From an uncultured Methanomassiliicoccales archaeon (GTDB lineage Archaea; Thermoplasmatota; Thermoplasmata; RBG-16-68-12; EA-27): DNA of 64,000 bases. This document shows positions 17,815 to 27,174 of this stretch, in pieces (within the stretch, counting starts at the first letter, position 1; every line of letters starts with the position of its first letter). Under the pieces are notes generated by a model. That model saw only the letters and a list, made by a program, of their open reading frames with translations. It did no database searches and was not told where the DNA came from. Location: contig CAYNEM010000014.1 in NCBI GenBank assembly GCA_964396265.1, positions 7,134 through 71,133 of the forward strand, read 5' to 3'. The translations under genes and the position numbers were made by a program.

Positions 17815-18654
17815 CTACCGCTTCCGCGCGAGGGGCTTCGCCCTCGGCTCGGCGGCCTTCACGGAGGGAACGCCCTTCTTCAGCTGACGGAGTGCCTCCT
17901 CGGCGGCGCGCCGTCCGGAGAGGAGCATCGCGCCGAACGTCGGGCCCATCCGCGGGAGTCCGTAAGTTGAGCACACCGCCATGCCCGCGACGATCACGCC
18001 CGGGTATGCGAGTCCCGTGTGCTCCACGACCGCGTCCTCGGACTTCTCGATCCACATGCCGCCCTCGCCGATCCTCTTCGCCAGCCCGCGCTTCTCGAGC
18101 GCCTGAATGACGAGCGCGTCGTGGCCCGTGGCGTCGATCACAAGCTCGCTCTCCAGCGCGATGGGGTCCACGCATGTGATCTCGTGGGGAAGCGCCTGCA
18201 CGGGCGTCCAGTTGATGACGACGCCGCCGACGCGGTTCTCCTCGCGGATCACGATGTCCTCGAACGACGTCATGTTCTGGATTTTCGCACCTGCGTCCAT
18301 TGTGGCGGCGATCAGTTTGCTGCACGCGTGCGGGCCCGGCGTTACGAACAGGCCCTTCGAGTATTCCTCGTACGGGCAGCCGATCTCGTCGAGCACCTTT
18401 TGAGCGGGAGCGCGCAGGGTGATCGTGTTCATCAGGAAGCCGCCGATCCAGAAGCCGCCACCGATGTAGTTGTTTCGCTCGATCACGACGACCTCGACGC
18501 CCGCCTTCGCAAGGTCGCGCGCGGCCATCAGGCCACTGGGGCCGCCACCGACCACCACGACCTCCGATTCAGCATACCGCTCAAGGTCCTTCGTGAACCC
18601 CGAAAGGATCGCGCGGGTGACCTCCGCCTCGCTGGCTGGCTGGAAGATTGGCAT
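17815..18654 (-). CDS. thi4: Thiazole biosynthesis enzyme Thi4 family (sulfide-dependent ADP-thiazole synthase)
   Basis: [14 protein letters not shown] dinucleotide-binding motif and overall Thi4-like block order. ATG verified at 18654 (MPIFQPAS). Confidence 0.75.
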   Translation of the reverse strand: MPIFQPASEAEVTRAILSGFTKDLERYAESEVVVVGGGPSGLMAARDLAKAGVEVVVIERNNYIGGGFWIGGFLMNTITLRAPAQKVLDEIGCPYEEYSKGLFVTPGPHACSKLIAATMDAGAKIQNMTSFEDIVIREENRVGGVVINWTPVQALPHEITCVDPIALESELVIDATGHDALVIQALEKRGLAKRIGEGGMWIEKSEDAVVEHTGLAYPGVIVAGMAVCSTYGLPRMGPTFGAMLLSGRRAAEEALRQLKKGVPSVKAAEPRAKPLARKR

Positions 18655-18742
18655 GTTTTCGCTCCCCGAATGTGTCCCAAGTCGGGCGGCGTATATTACG
18701 TTATCCTGTCTCTCGGGGTGACGCAGCGGGGAGCCCTGACGG

Positions 18743-19645
18743 TCAGAGTTCGAGGACAGCATTGACGTTCCGCGCGCCGGCAGGTCGGAACCCCAGCGTC
18801 TCGTAGAGGTGGATCGCCGGATCGTTCCCGATTGTCACGTACAGCGCGAGCCGGTCGTACCCCAGGTCGACGAGCGCGTTCGTGGTCGCGACGAGCAGCC
18901 CCCGCGCGATGCCCTGGCCCCGCCGGTCCTTCCGGACGCCGATCTCCGCGAGGAGGGGCGCCCCCATCCAGTGGGACGCCAACGAGACCCCCGCGATCCC
19001 GGCCTCGTCCCGCGTCAGCCAAGACCCGAGCGGCAGGTAGGTGCCGTTCTCGCCCTTCCAAATCGAGGTCACGTAGTCGTTCCACTCCTCTGCCGAGCCG
19101 ACGTGCATCCCGAACTGTTGTTCCAGATGGCCCTCGTAGGCCCCCATAAGGAACGTGGCGACCTCGTCGACGTCCATGGCCTCGGGATGGGCGAGGGGAA
19201 GGGCGTGCGGCTCTTGCTTCGCGAGGGGCGAGGACTCCATGCGCATCCGCGAGTACCGCTCGACGAACCCGAGCTTCGTGAAGTCGGCGGTGTAGGTCTC
19301 GTCGAACGCGGCGAACACCTTCTCCGCGCCCTTGGCGATCACTGGTTCTACCGCCGCCAGGATCGCATCCCGCGCCCACCCGCGCGCCTCCGGGACCAGG
19401 GAGAAGAATGAGATCGAGTTCGACGGGTCGTCGGGGTTCGGACTGCCGATCCGGACCGTGCCCACGATCCGTTCGTTCTCCTTGAACGCGAAGTACGTCT
19501 GCTGGACCTCCGGCGGCTCGCGGAGGTAGCGGTCGAGATGGGTGACGAAGTTCTCGGTGGGCTGGTCCTTCCGCCCTGCGACAAAGGCCTTCCAGAAGTC
19601 GACGGCCTCGAGGGACTCGAGGGGGACCAACTCCAGGCCGGGCAT
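18743..19645 (-). CDS. GNAT-family N-acetyltransferase (two-lobed)
   Basis: GNAT-like motifs ([10 protein letters not shown]). 300 aa. Confidence 0.55.
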   Translation of the reverse strand: MPGLELVPLESLEAVDFWKAFVAGRKDQPTENFVTHLDRYLREPPEVQQTYFAFKENERIVGTVRIGSPNPDDPSNSISFFSLVPEARGWARDAILAAVEPVIAKGAEKVFAAFDETYTADFTKLGFVERYSRMRMESSPLAKQEPHALPLAHPEAMDVDEVATFLMGAYEGHLEQQFGMHVGSAEEWNDYVTSIWKGENGTYLPLGSWLTRDEAGIAGVSLASHWMGAPLLAEIGVRKDRRGQGIARGLLVATTNALVDLGYDRLALYVTIGNDPAIHLYETLGFRPAGARNVNAVLEL

Positions 19646-19713
19646 CGACTCGGGAACCTTGGCGGCGGTATGAAGCCTTCCGTCCGTGAAGGTTTAAGAC
19701 GGAACCGCCCCTT

Positions 19714-20859
19714 TTGCACCCGATGGACTTCGCGCTCGGCGCGGCACACGAGATGACTCGCAAGACCGTGCGCGAGTTCGCGGAGAGGGATATCCGTCCG
19801 GAGTCCCGGAGGTACGACGAATCGCAGGAGTACCCAATGGGCTGGGCGAGGAAGATGGGCGAGCTCGGCCTCCTCGGCGTCGCGGTCCCAGAAAAGTACG
19901 GAGGCGCGGGGCTCGATTCCATTTGCTACGCGATAACCATCGAGGAGTTATCGTGGGGAGACGCCTCCGCCGGTGTGATCGCTGCGGTGAACAACGGCCT
20001 CGTGTGCGAGCCGATCCTGGCGTTCGGGACGGAGTCGCAGAAGCAGACGCACCTTCCGAAGCTTGCCTCGGGCGCGTGGATGGGCGCGTACTGTCTCACG
20101 GAGCCCGGGTCGGGTTCCGACGCGGCCGCGATGCGCACCACCGCCAAGCTCGACGGGGACGAATGGGTGTTGAACGGGACGAAGATCTTCGTCACGAACG
20201 CGCTCCACGCGAGCGTCCTCGTCGTGTATGCGCGAACGGGGCCGCAGAAGCACGACATCAGCGCTTTCCTCGTGCCGAAACCCGCGAAGGGACTCACGGA
20301 GCTCAAGAAGGAGGACAAGATGGGCATCCGCGCGAGCGATACGATGATGCTCGGGTTCGAGGACATTCGGATTCCGAAGGACAATCTGCTCGGGACGCAG
20401 GGGAAGGGATTCAACATCGCACTTGCGACCCTCGACGGCGGACGCATTGGAATCGCCGCCCAGGCGCTCGGGATCGCGCAGGCGGCGTACGACGAGGCCG
20501 CCCGGTACGCGAAGGAGCGGGAGGCGTTCGGGCAGCCAATCGTGAACTTCCAGGCCATCCAGTTCAAGCTCGCCGACATGGCGGTGGAGATCGACGCCGC
20601 GCGCCTGCTCACGTACCGCGTCGCGTGGCTTCACGATCAGGGCGTGCGCCACACCTTTGAATCGTCCGTCGCGAAGCTGTTCGCGAGTGAGGCCGCGCAC
20701 CGCGCGGTGGACCAGGCTCTCCAGATCCACGGTGGTTACGGTTTCGTCAAGGACTACCTCGTGGAGAAGCTGTACCGGGACCAGCGGATCACGGAGCTGT
20801 ACGAGGGCACGAGCGAGGTGCAGCGCCTCGTGATCGCCCGGGACATCCTCGGCAAGTGA
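19714..20859 (+). CDS. Acyl-CoA dehydrogenase (short/medium-chain type)
   Basis: ACAD N/M/C domain order. The catalytic-base region YEGTSEVQRLVIAR is typical of ACADs. 381 aa. Confidence 0.8.
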   Translation: MHPMDFALGAAHEMTRKTVREFAERDIRPESRRYDESQEYPMGWARKMGELGLLGVAVPEKYGGAGLDSICYAITIEELSWGDASAGVIAAVNNGLVCEPILAFGTESQKQTHLPKLASGAWMGAYCLTEPGSGSDAAAMRTTAKLDGDEWVLNGTKIFVTNALHASVLVVYARTGPQKHDISAFLVPKPAKGLTELKKEDKMGIRASDTMMLGFEDIRIPKDNLLGTQGKGFNIALATLDGGRIGIAAQALGIAQAAYDEAARYAKEREAFGQPIVNFQAIQFKLADMAVEIDAARLLTYRVAWLHDQGVRHTFESSVAKLFASEAAHRAVDQALQIHGGYGFVKDYLVEKLYRDQRITELYEGTSEVQRLVIARDILGK

Positions 20860-20863
20860 GCGG

Positions 20864-21571
20864 ATGACGGAGATCCTGTACTTCCCCTCGGCGGAGGCCT
20901 GCTACGCGCGCGAGTTCGAAGGACGGATCATCGAGCGCGGGCCGGACTTCGTGGTGCTGGACCGCACCCTGTTCTACGCCGAGGGCGGAGGGCAGCCGTA
21001 CGACACCGGGGTGCTCCAGTGGGGAGGCGGGGCCTCGAGAGTCCACCGGGTCTCGAAGGAGAAGGGCGTGGTGAAACACTTCGTAGATCGGATGCCGGAA
21101 AGCGATGCGGTGCACGGGGTCGTCGACTGGGACCGTCGGTACGCGCACATGCGCTACCACACGTCCCAACACCTCATGTCCGGGATCGTCTGGAACATCT
21201 ACGGGGCGCGCACCGTCGGGAACCAGCTCTATGCGGACCGCGCGCGCGTGGACTTCCAGCCCGTGAGCTTCGTGTCGGAGGACCTGAAGCGAATCGAGGA
21301 CGAGTGCAACCGTGCGATCGCCGAGGCCATGCCCGTGCGGATCTATGAGGAGGACCGCGTCAAGGTCGAGAACGAGATCGGAGACCGTTCTCTGGTCGAC
21401 CTCATCCCGAAGCACATCACGCGCCTCCGTGTCGTGAAAATCGGTGACCGCGACTACTGTCCGTGCGGCGGCACCCACCTGAGGAACACATCCGAGATCG
21501 GGCGTGTCCGCATCACCGAGCGCCGGAGCAAGGGGAAGGACACGGACCGGATCGTGTACGATCTGGTGTAA
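20864..21571 (+). CDS. alaX: Alanyl-tRNA editing protein AlaX (Ala-tRNA synthetase editing-domain homolog)
   Basis: HTSQHL and CGGTH zinc-binding motifs of the AlaX/AlaRS editing domain. Confidence 0.75.
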   Translation: MTEILYFPSAEACYAREFEGRIIERGPDFVVLDRTLFYAEGGGQPYDTGVLQWGGGASRVHRVSKEKGVVKHFVDRMPESDAVHGVVDWDRRYAHMRYHTSQHLMSGIVWNIYGARTVGNQLYADRARVDFQPVSFVSEDLKRIEDECNRAIAEAMPVRIYEEDRVKVENEIGDRSLVDLIPKHITRLRVVKIGDRDYCPCGGTHLRNTSEIGRVRITERRSKGKDTDRIVYDLV

Positions 21572-21584
21572 GCGCCGTTGTGAC

Positions 21585-22826
21585 TCATGTCGCGTCACCG
21601 GGCGGCGCGGCACGCCCCGCCGCGCGTTCCGCACGCCGCCGTTCCGCGATCGGATCACGTGCGAAGAGCATGGTGAGCCCCGCCACGATGGCCCACGCCG
21701 CCGCGACGAGGAAAGGTGCGATCGTGACCCGGCCGCTCACGAGGGTGATGTCGAGGACGAACCCGAGGATGACCGGGCCGAGGAGGAAGCCGAGGTCCCC
21801 GATCGTCCTGTAGAGGCCCATCGACGTGCCCATGATCGCCTTCGGCGTAAGGTCCGTCGTCCAGGCGACGAGCGGGCCGTGGATGCCGATGACGGCCCCG
21901 AAGAGGAACATCACCGGGATCGCGCTCGCGAGGTCCCGCGCAAGGAACAGGAAGGGGGCGACGACGCCCACGCCGACGAGGGAGAGGACGAACGGCACCT
22001 TGCGGCCGATCCGGTCCGCGAGGAGACCGCTCGGGTAGAGAGTGATGAGCTGGGCGAGGGCGTTCGTCGTGATCAGCACGCCCGTGTATGTGACCGCCAA
22101 GGTCCCCGAGATGCCCCAGTTAAACACGACGAACAGCGGGATGACCGTCGACACGAGCCCCGCGCGGACGAAAAACGCCGCCATCGTGCCAGACGTTACG
22201 ATGAGGTAAGAGCGATCTCGCAGGAGACGCTTGACCGCCACCCGGTCCACGCGACCGAGGGCGGAGGATTCCTCCTCCGGCTCGAGGCCGAACGTGATCA
22301 GCACCATCCCCACGCAGGCGAGAAGCGAGTACACCGCGAATGGGGCTCGCAGACCCCATGCTAGGGTGACGAAGCCCCCCACAACCGGGCCGAGGACCTG
22401 TCCGATGAGGAGGGCGTTCACGTACAGTCCCATGTATCGGCCTCGTCGCTCCGTGGGCACGCGCCTGGCCAGCGTGGCGAGCGAGGACGTGACGTAGAAA
22501 GCGCTCCCCACCCCCTCGGCGAACCTGACGGACAGGAGGACGGGGTAGTTGAATGCGTGGACCGCGATCGCGGATGTCAGCGCGATGATGCTCAGGCCCG
22601 TGATCATCAACCGGCGGTTCCCGAATCGATCCCCGAGGGCTCCAGCAGGCAGGTCCAGGAGGACGCGCGCCGCAGGCAGAGATCCCACGAGCACTCCTGC
22701 CAGGAATGGCGTCGCACCGAGCGCGCGTCCGTACTGCGGAAGCGCGGGAGAGATGACCGAGATCCCGATCATCACGAGGAAGACCGTCCCGGATAGAACC
22801 GCAACCGTCCTGCGCAGGGACGACAC
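21585..22826 (-). CDS. MFS transporter
   Basis: 12-TM profile with MFS-type loop motifs (GALGDRFGNRRLM). GTG start at 22826. Confidence 0.7.
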   Translation of the reverse strand: MSSLRRTVAVLSGTVFLVMIGISVISPALPQYGRALGATPFLAGVLVGSLPAARVLLDLPAGALGDRFGNRRLMITGLSIIALTSAIAVHAFNYPVLLSVRFAEGVGSAFYVTSSLATLARRVPTERRGRYMGLYVNALLIGQVLGPVVGGFVTLAWGLRAPFAVYSLLACVGMVLITFGLEPEEESSALGRVDRVAVKRLLRDRSYLIVTSGTMAAFFVRAGLVSTVIPLFVVFNWGISGTLAVTYTGVLITTNALAQLITLYPSGLLADRIGRKVPFVLSLVGVGVVAPFLFLARDLASAIPVMFLFGAVIGIHGPLVAWTTDLTPKAIMGTSMGLYRTIGDLGFLLGPVILGFVLDITLVSGRVTIAPFLVAAAWAIVAGLTMLFARDPIAERRRAERAAGRAAPPGDAT

Positions 22827-22895
22827 GGGGCGCGGACACGGAGCCCCGGACTTAAACCTTCAGACCTTTCGTGGCCACGACGACAGCCCCTGCCA

Positions 22896-23135
22896 TTACT
22901 CTACCTCGGGTCGCACGAAAATGACTTCGCCCGCGTACTCGATTCGGACGATCTTGTAGTAGGGAATCGTGGCGGTTGCAGTCGAGAAGTAGCGCCGACC
23001 GAGCTCCGTGATCTCCTCCCCTCGGATCACCTTGACGTCTTCGGTCCGCCGGCCGCGCACCCAAACGACCGCCCGAGCGAGATCCCGTCCTGCGCGCCAC
23101 CGGAGCTCATTCAGGAGGTTTCGTACGCTCGACAC
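22896..23135 (-). CDS. UPF0248/DUF504-family small archaeal protein
   Basis: 79 aa. Pattern L..L.W....V...RG....IPyykIvrIey.GeviF.R matches my memory of DUF504 proteins. I did not check it against a profile. Confidence 0.5.
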   Translation of the reverse strand: MSSVRNLLNELRWRAGRDLARAVVWVRGRRTEDVKVIRGEEITELGRRYFSTATATIPYYKIVRIEYAGEVIFVRPEVE

Positions 23136-23159
23136 GGGAGGGCATCGACGACCGAGCTT

Positions 23160-23780
23160 TCACTTCTGCGGCGAGCCTTGGGATGCCGACCCGATCAGGG
23201 GGACACCGGACCGCCATCGGTACACGAGGTAGCCGAGCGCTCCGAGCGCCACGAACTCGAGGACCTTGGACACGACTCCAATCGGCTCGAAGTGCTCCGG
23301 CTCCGCCAAGCCGGGCGGAGCGACCACGCGGGTGACGAAGAAGACAACGACGAGCCCGATGAGGACAGCGATGGAGATCAAGTAGACGAGGGGCTTCGCG
23401 CGAAAGAGACCGAACCCCAGCACGAGCTGGACCGCACCCGCCACGACGAAGAACACGGCAAAGGACAGGATCGAGAGATGTTCGCTCACGACGTAGAAGT
23501 GCAGGATCCCGTCCGCGAGCATGAGCGAGGAGGCGGCGAACAAAGCGTAGGCCTCTCGGCCGGCGGGCTTCCCGAGGAGGAGCATCCGTGCGCCGACCGC
23601 GGCGAGCACGACGCCGACAATGACCACGACGGTGGCGACAGTGTTATGCGCGATGACCGCGGCCTCTTCGTCGTGACTCTCCGCTGGCTGCCCGAGGACA
23701 TAGCTCAGGTCCCAAGTCACCGCCCCGAGAGCGATAACGAGCCCGACAAGCACAAGTTCGAGCCCTAGTCGTTTCGGCAT
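23160..23780 (-). CDS. Hypothetical integral membrane protein
   Basis: ATG at 23780 (MPKRLGLELVLVGL). About 5 TM helices. Upstream ORF extension discounted. Confidence 0.4.
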   Translation of the reverse strand: MPKRLGLELVLVGLVIALGAVTWDLSYVLGQPAESHDEEAAVIAHNTVATVVVIVGVVLAAVGARMLLLGKPAGREAYALFAASSLMLADGILHFYVVSEHLSILSFAVFFVVAGAVQLVLGFGLFRAKPLVYLISIAVLIGLVVVFFVTRVVAPPGLAEPEHFEPIGVVSKVLEFVALGALGYLVYRWRSGVPLIGSASQGSPQK

Positions 23781-23892
23781 CACGTCCCCGGCCCCTGACC
23801 CCAATGCGCCACGAGATACCCCGTAGATATCCCTTTCCCCAACCACCGCCCTCTGGGGGAAAGGGTCAAGTCCCGCGCGCCGATGCGCGGCC

Positions 23893-25197
23893 ATGGTCGA
23901 GTATCCGGAGCCGGCGAGGGGAAAGCTCGACGCCGCCAAGGCCTCCGAGGGGGATCGGGTCCGGATTGCCGGGGAACGGACGTACGAGGGCGTCGTCATG
24001 CCCCACACGGAGTTCTCCGGGCCGGACATCCTCGTCCTGAAGCTCGACACCGGGTACAACGTCGGGATCCCCGTCTCGCAGATCTCCGCGATCGAACTCC
24101 TGAAGCGGACGAACGTGTCGACGGCGACGCGCGCCCTCCCACCGCCAAGGACCGGCAAGCCGCTCGCAGCCGTCCTCGGTACCGGCGGCACGATCGCCTC
24201 GTACGTCGACTACCGCACGGGCGCCGTGCACCCTGCGGTGACCGCGGAGGACCTCGTGTTCTCCGTGCCGGAGATCCTCGACGCGTGCAACGTGCGGGCC
24301 CGCATGATCTACAGCGTTTTCAGCGAGAACCTCACGCCGAAGCAGTGGCAGGAGCTGGCGGTGGAGGCCGCGAGGGAACTCAACTCCGGCGCGGATGCCG
24401 TGATCATCCCGCACGGCACGGACACGCTGCACTTCACGACGGCGGCGCTCGCGTTCATGCTTCGTGGCCTCACGGGCCCGGTCATCCTCGTCGGCAGCCA
24501 GAGGTCTTCGGACCGGCCGAGCAGCGACGCCGCGTTCAACCTGCTTTGCGCCGCGCGGCTGGCGGCGGAGGATCTCGGCGAGGTCGTCTCCTGCATGCAC
24601 CACGAGACCGGGGACACCGCATGCGCGGTCCTGCGCGGGACGAAGATTCGGAAGATGCACGCCTCGCGGCGGGACGCGTTCAAGGCGATCAACGAGAGGC
24701 CCCTCGGTCTCGTGTACGCGGACGGACGGGTCACGTGGAGCGCCGCCACGGAGCCGCGCGGGAAGGGGACCGCGGTCGCGGAGACCGGGATGGATTCGGA
24801 CGTTGCCCTCGTCACGTTCCATCCGGGGCTTACCGCCAAACGATTCGAGGCCCAGACGCACGACGCGCACGGGATCGTGATCGCGGGCACGGGGCTCGGC
24901 CACGTGAGCGACGACCTCGTCGCCCCCATCCGGAAGGCAGTGCACGACGGGAAGGCGGTCGTGATGACGACGCAGTGCCTCAACGGCCGCGTCGGCCTCC
25001 GCGTCTACGACAAGGGCCGCGATCTGCTGGCGGCAGGGGTGATCCCGGGCGAGGACATGCTCCCCGAGGTCGCCCTCGTGAAGCTCATGTGGGTCCTCGG
25101 GCGGACGAACGACCCTCGGGAGGTCCACGACCTCATGACGACGAATCTTGCCGGCGAGATCAACCCGACGATCACGTTGGACGAATACGTGTTCTGA
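23893..25197 (+). CDS. gatD: Glutamyl-tRNA(Gln) amidotransferase subunit D
   Basis: N-terminal GatD-specific domain plus an L-asparaginase-like domain (LGTGGTIAS, HGTDTL). Confidence 0.85.
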   Translation: MVEYPEPARGKLDAAKASEGDRVRIAGERTYEGVVMPHTEFSGPDILVLKLDTGYNVGIPVSQISAIELLKRTNVSTATRALPPPRTGKPLAAVLGTGGTIASYVDYRTGAVHPAVTAEDLVFSVPEILDACNVRARMIYSVFSENLTPKQWQELAVEAARELNSGADAVIIPHGTDTLHFTTAALAFMLRGLTGPVILVGSQRSSDRPSSDAAFNLLCAARLAAEDLGEVVSCMHHETGDTACAVLRGTKIRKMHASRRDAFKAINERPLGLVYADGRVTWSAATEPRGKGTAVAETGMDSDVALVTFHPGLTAKRFEAQTHDAHGIVIAGTGLGHVSDDLVAPIRKAVHDGKAVVMTTQCLNGRVGLRVYDKGRDLLAAGVIPGEDMLPEVALVKLMWVLGRTNDPREVHDLMTTNLAGEINPTITLDEYVF

Positions 25198-25511
25198 ATG
25201 ACGAAACTTTTCGTCTATGGCACCCTCATCGACGATGCCGCGATACGATCTGTGCTCGGGCGCGTGCCCGGTCCCGCGCGGCCGTGCTGCGGGGCTTTCG
25301 TCGCGTCGCCCACGAGAAAAAGGGCCATGGGTCGTCACGGAGCCGGGCCCTGCCGCCCAGATCCAAGGGAAGATCCTCGAGTGGCTGAGGGAGCGGGAGG
25401 TCGATCGCTTCGACAAGTTCGAGGGAGTGGACCGGCCTGTCCCGCCGCGTCCCCGTGGAGGTCGAAGTCGGCGCGTCGCGCGTCGAGGCGTGGACATACG
25501 TCAAGGCTTAA
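25198..25511 (+). pseudogene. Gamma-glutamyl cyclotransferase-like (GGCT/AIG2) gene disrupted by frameshifts
   Basis: Frame 1 has MTKLFVYGTLIDD...LGRVPGPA. The continuation AVLRGFRRVAHEKKG is in frame 0. PWVVTEPGPAAQIQGKILEWL...VDRFDKFEGV is in frame 2. YRRVPVEVEVGASRVEAWTYVKA* is in frame 0. GC3 follows the same frame switches, one of them at an A5 run near 25316. The locus is 314 bp, not a multiple of 3. Confidence 0.5.
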
Positions 25512-25538
25512 TCGTGGAACCCCTCTGTGGTCCGCGCA

Positions 25539-26012
25539 ATGAAGCTCGACCAACTCGGCAAGGTCGGAGAGTTCTGCAACGACGCGAGCGTCCCGATCAT
25601 CACGGGGAAGGAGAAAATCATCGGCTTCCGCCAGCTCGCCTACGTGTTCCACGCGAAGGGCATCCTCAAGAAGGTCGTGCTCCCGCGCCGGACGGGCTGG
25701 GTGTACCTCACGGACCAGCGCATCCTCCACCTCGACGACGGGTGGGTGACGAGGGACGGGGCCCAATGGAAGCGGTACGAGGAGGTGGCGTTCGGGGAGA
25801 CCTTGTGGGTCCGCCACAAACGCGCGGACAAGGTGTGGGTCGACGTCCTTGCGGACGGGAAGAAGTACGCGATCGCGTACCAGCCGTACGGCGCGGCCGC
25901 CCGGCTGTTCTCGTGGCTCCTCAAGGAGAAGGAGACGCGGAGGAAGTTCGGGAAGGGCGAGCTCGAATCCGTGTACGCGAAGGAGAGGTGGTACCGCCAC
26001 CCGCCGAAGTGA
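25539..26012 (+). CDS. Hypothetical protein
   Basis: ATG at 25539 (MKLDQLG). GTG alternative at 25527. No recognised domain. Confidence 0.4.
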   Translation: MKLDQLGKVGEFCNDASVPIITGKEKIIGFRQLAYVFHAKGILKKVVLPRRTGWVYLTDQRILHLDDGWVTRDGAQWKRYEEVAFGETLWVRHKRADKVWVDVLADGKKYAIAYQPYGAAARLFSWLLKEKETRRKFGKGELESVYAKERWYRHPPK

Positions 26013-26070
26013 ACCACGCAACGAGACGCAACCCTTACATCCCCGGACGCGGGTGGGCGCGACTGTGCCC

Positions 26071-27123
26071 GTGAACCTCGTCCGCTTCGACCCGAAGCTG
26101 GCCTCCCGAGATGAGTGGAATCGGTTCCATACCTACTTCGGGGAGAGGCACCGGGAGGCCAATCCGGACGACCCGCTAACCGACGACGCGACGAGGGAAG
26201 CGATGCTAAAGCGCGGCGACCCAGATTCCGAGGAGATTCGCTTTGTTGGGTTCGACCCGTCGCGACCGGATATCCTCGTGAGTTCGCTCTCCTTCGAGAC
26301 GATCCGTCCGGACTCGCCCAGCTACAAGGGGAACGAACATATCGCCTGGGTCGGTGTGTCCGTCCTGAAGCCGAACAGGCGAAAGGGCATCGGGCGCACA
26401 ATGCTCACAAAGGTAGCGGAACTCGCCCGCGAGCACCACAGAGCAACCATCCAAGGGTCCGCAGAGGAGGACGACGGCAAAGCGTTCATCCACGCGATCG
26501 GGGCACAAGTTGCACAGCGAGGGCTCGAAAACCGGCTGTACCTTGACCAGGTCGATTGGCCGATGCTCGAATCGTGGGTCGCGGAGGGCGTCTCGCGCAA
26601 CCCGAAAATGTCCCTCCGATGGTGCGTGGGCCGCATCGACGACGACATCCTCGTTCCCTTCTCCACGGCGCTCACGGAAGTCTTCAACCAACAGCCATTC
26701 GGGGAGATGGAGCGGTCGGACTTCATCTTCACGCCCGAGACCGTGCGGAAGCGCGAGGACTCGTTCCTGGGCGTCGGCGGTACTGTTATCACCGCGATGT
26801 CGGAAGAACCAGAGAGGGATGTCTCCGGGCTCACGCAGATGGGCTACTTGCCCTCCGACGGCCCCATCATCCATCAGTGGATGACGGGGGTCCGACAGAC
26901 GCACCGGGGGAGGGGGCTCGGGAAGTGGGTGAAGGCGGCCATGCTCCTTCGCGTGCGCAGCGCCCTTCCTCAGGTCCGGATCGTGACGACGGGGAATGCC
27001 ACGACCAATCAGGCCATGCTGTCGATCAACAAACGGCTCGGTTTCCGCGTGCACCGAGAAGGTGTGAGGGCGCAGATAAAACTCGATGCACTGGAAACGT
27101 ACCTGAGAATGAAAAGAGCCTAG
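26071..27123 (+). CDS. Tandem GNAT-domain N-acetyltransferase
   Basis: Two acetyl-CoA binding loops (RRKGIGRTML and RGRGLGKWVK). Start approximate (GTG 26053, 26065 or 26071). The upstream part of the 25849 ORF is R/S-rich. Confidence 0.55.
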   Translation: MNLVRFDPKLASRDEWNRFHTYFGERHREANPDDPLTDDATREAMLKRGDPDSEEIRFVGFDPSRPDILVSSLSFETIRPDSPSYKGNEHIAWVGVSVLKPNRRKGIGRTMLTKVAELAREHHRATIQGSAEEDDGKAFIHAIGAQVAQRGLENRLYLDQVDWPMLESWVAEGVSRNPKMSLRWCVGRIDDDILVPFSTALTEVFNQQPFGEMERSDFIFTPETVRKREDSFLGVGGTVITAMSEEPERDVSGLTQMGYLPSDGPIIHQWMTGVRQTHRGRGLGKWVKAAMLLRVRSALPQVRIVTTGNATTNQAMLSINKRLGFRVHREGVRAQIKLDALETYLRMKRA

Positions 27124-27174
27124 CGTTTTCTTCGCACGGGAAAGTTCTTTGGCGGCGGGAGCATCCCTCGCAGG

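Noticed and set aside
25198-25542. Intact 114-aa ORF or programmed frameshifting for the GGCT-like gene
   Set aside because: Only the first about 27 codons of frame 1 are GGCT-like. GC3 collapses in frame 1 after about 25320 while the homologous segments continue in other frames. Three shifts in 300 bp is not a plausible recoding mechanism.
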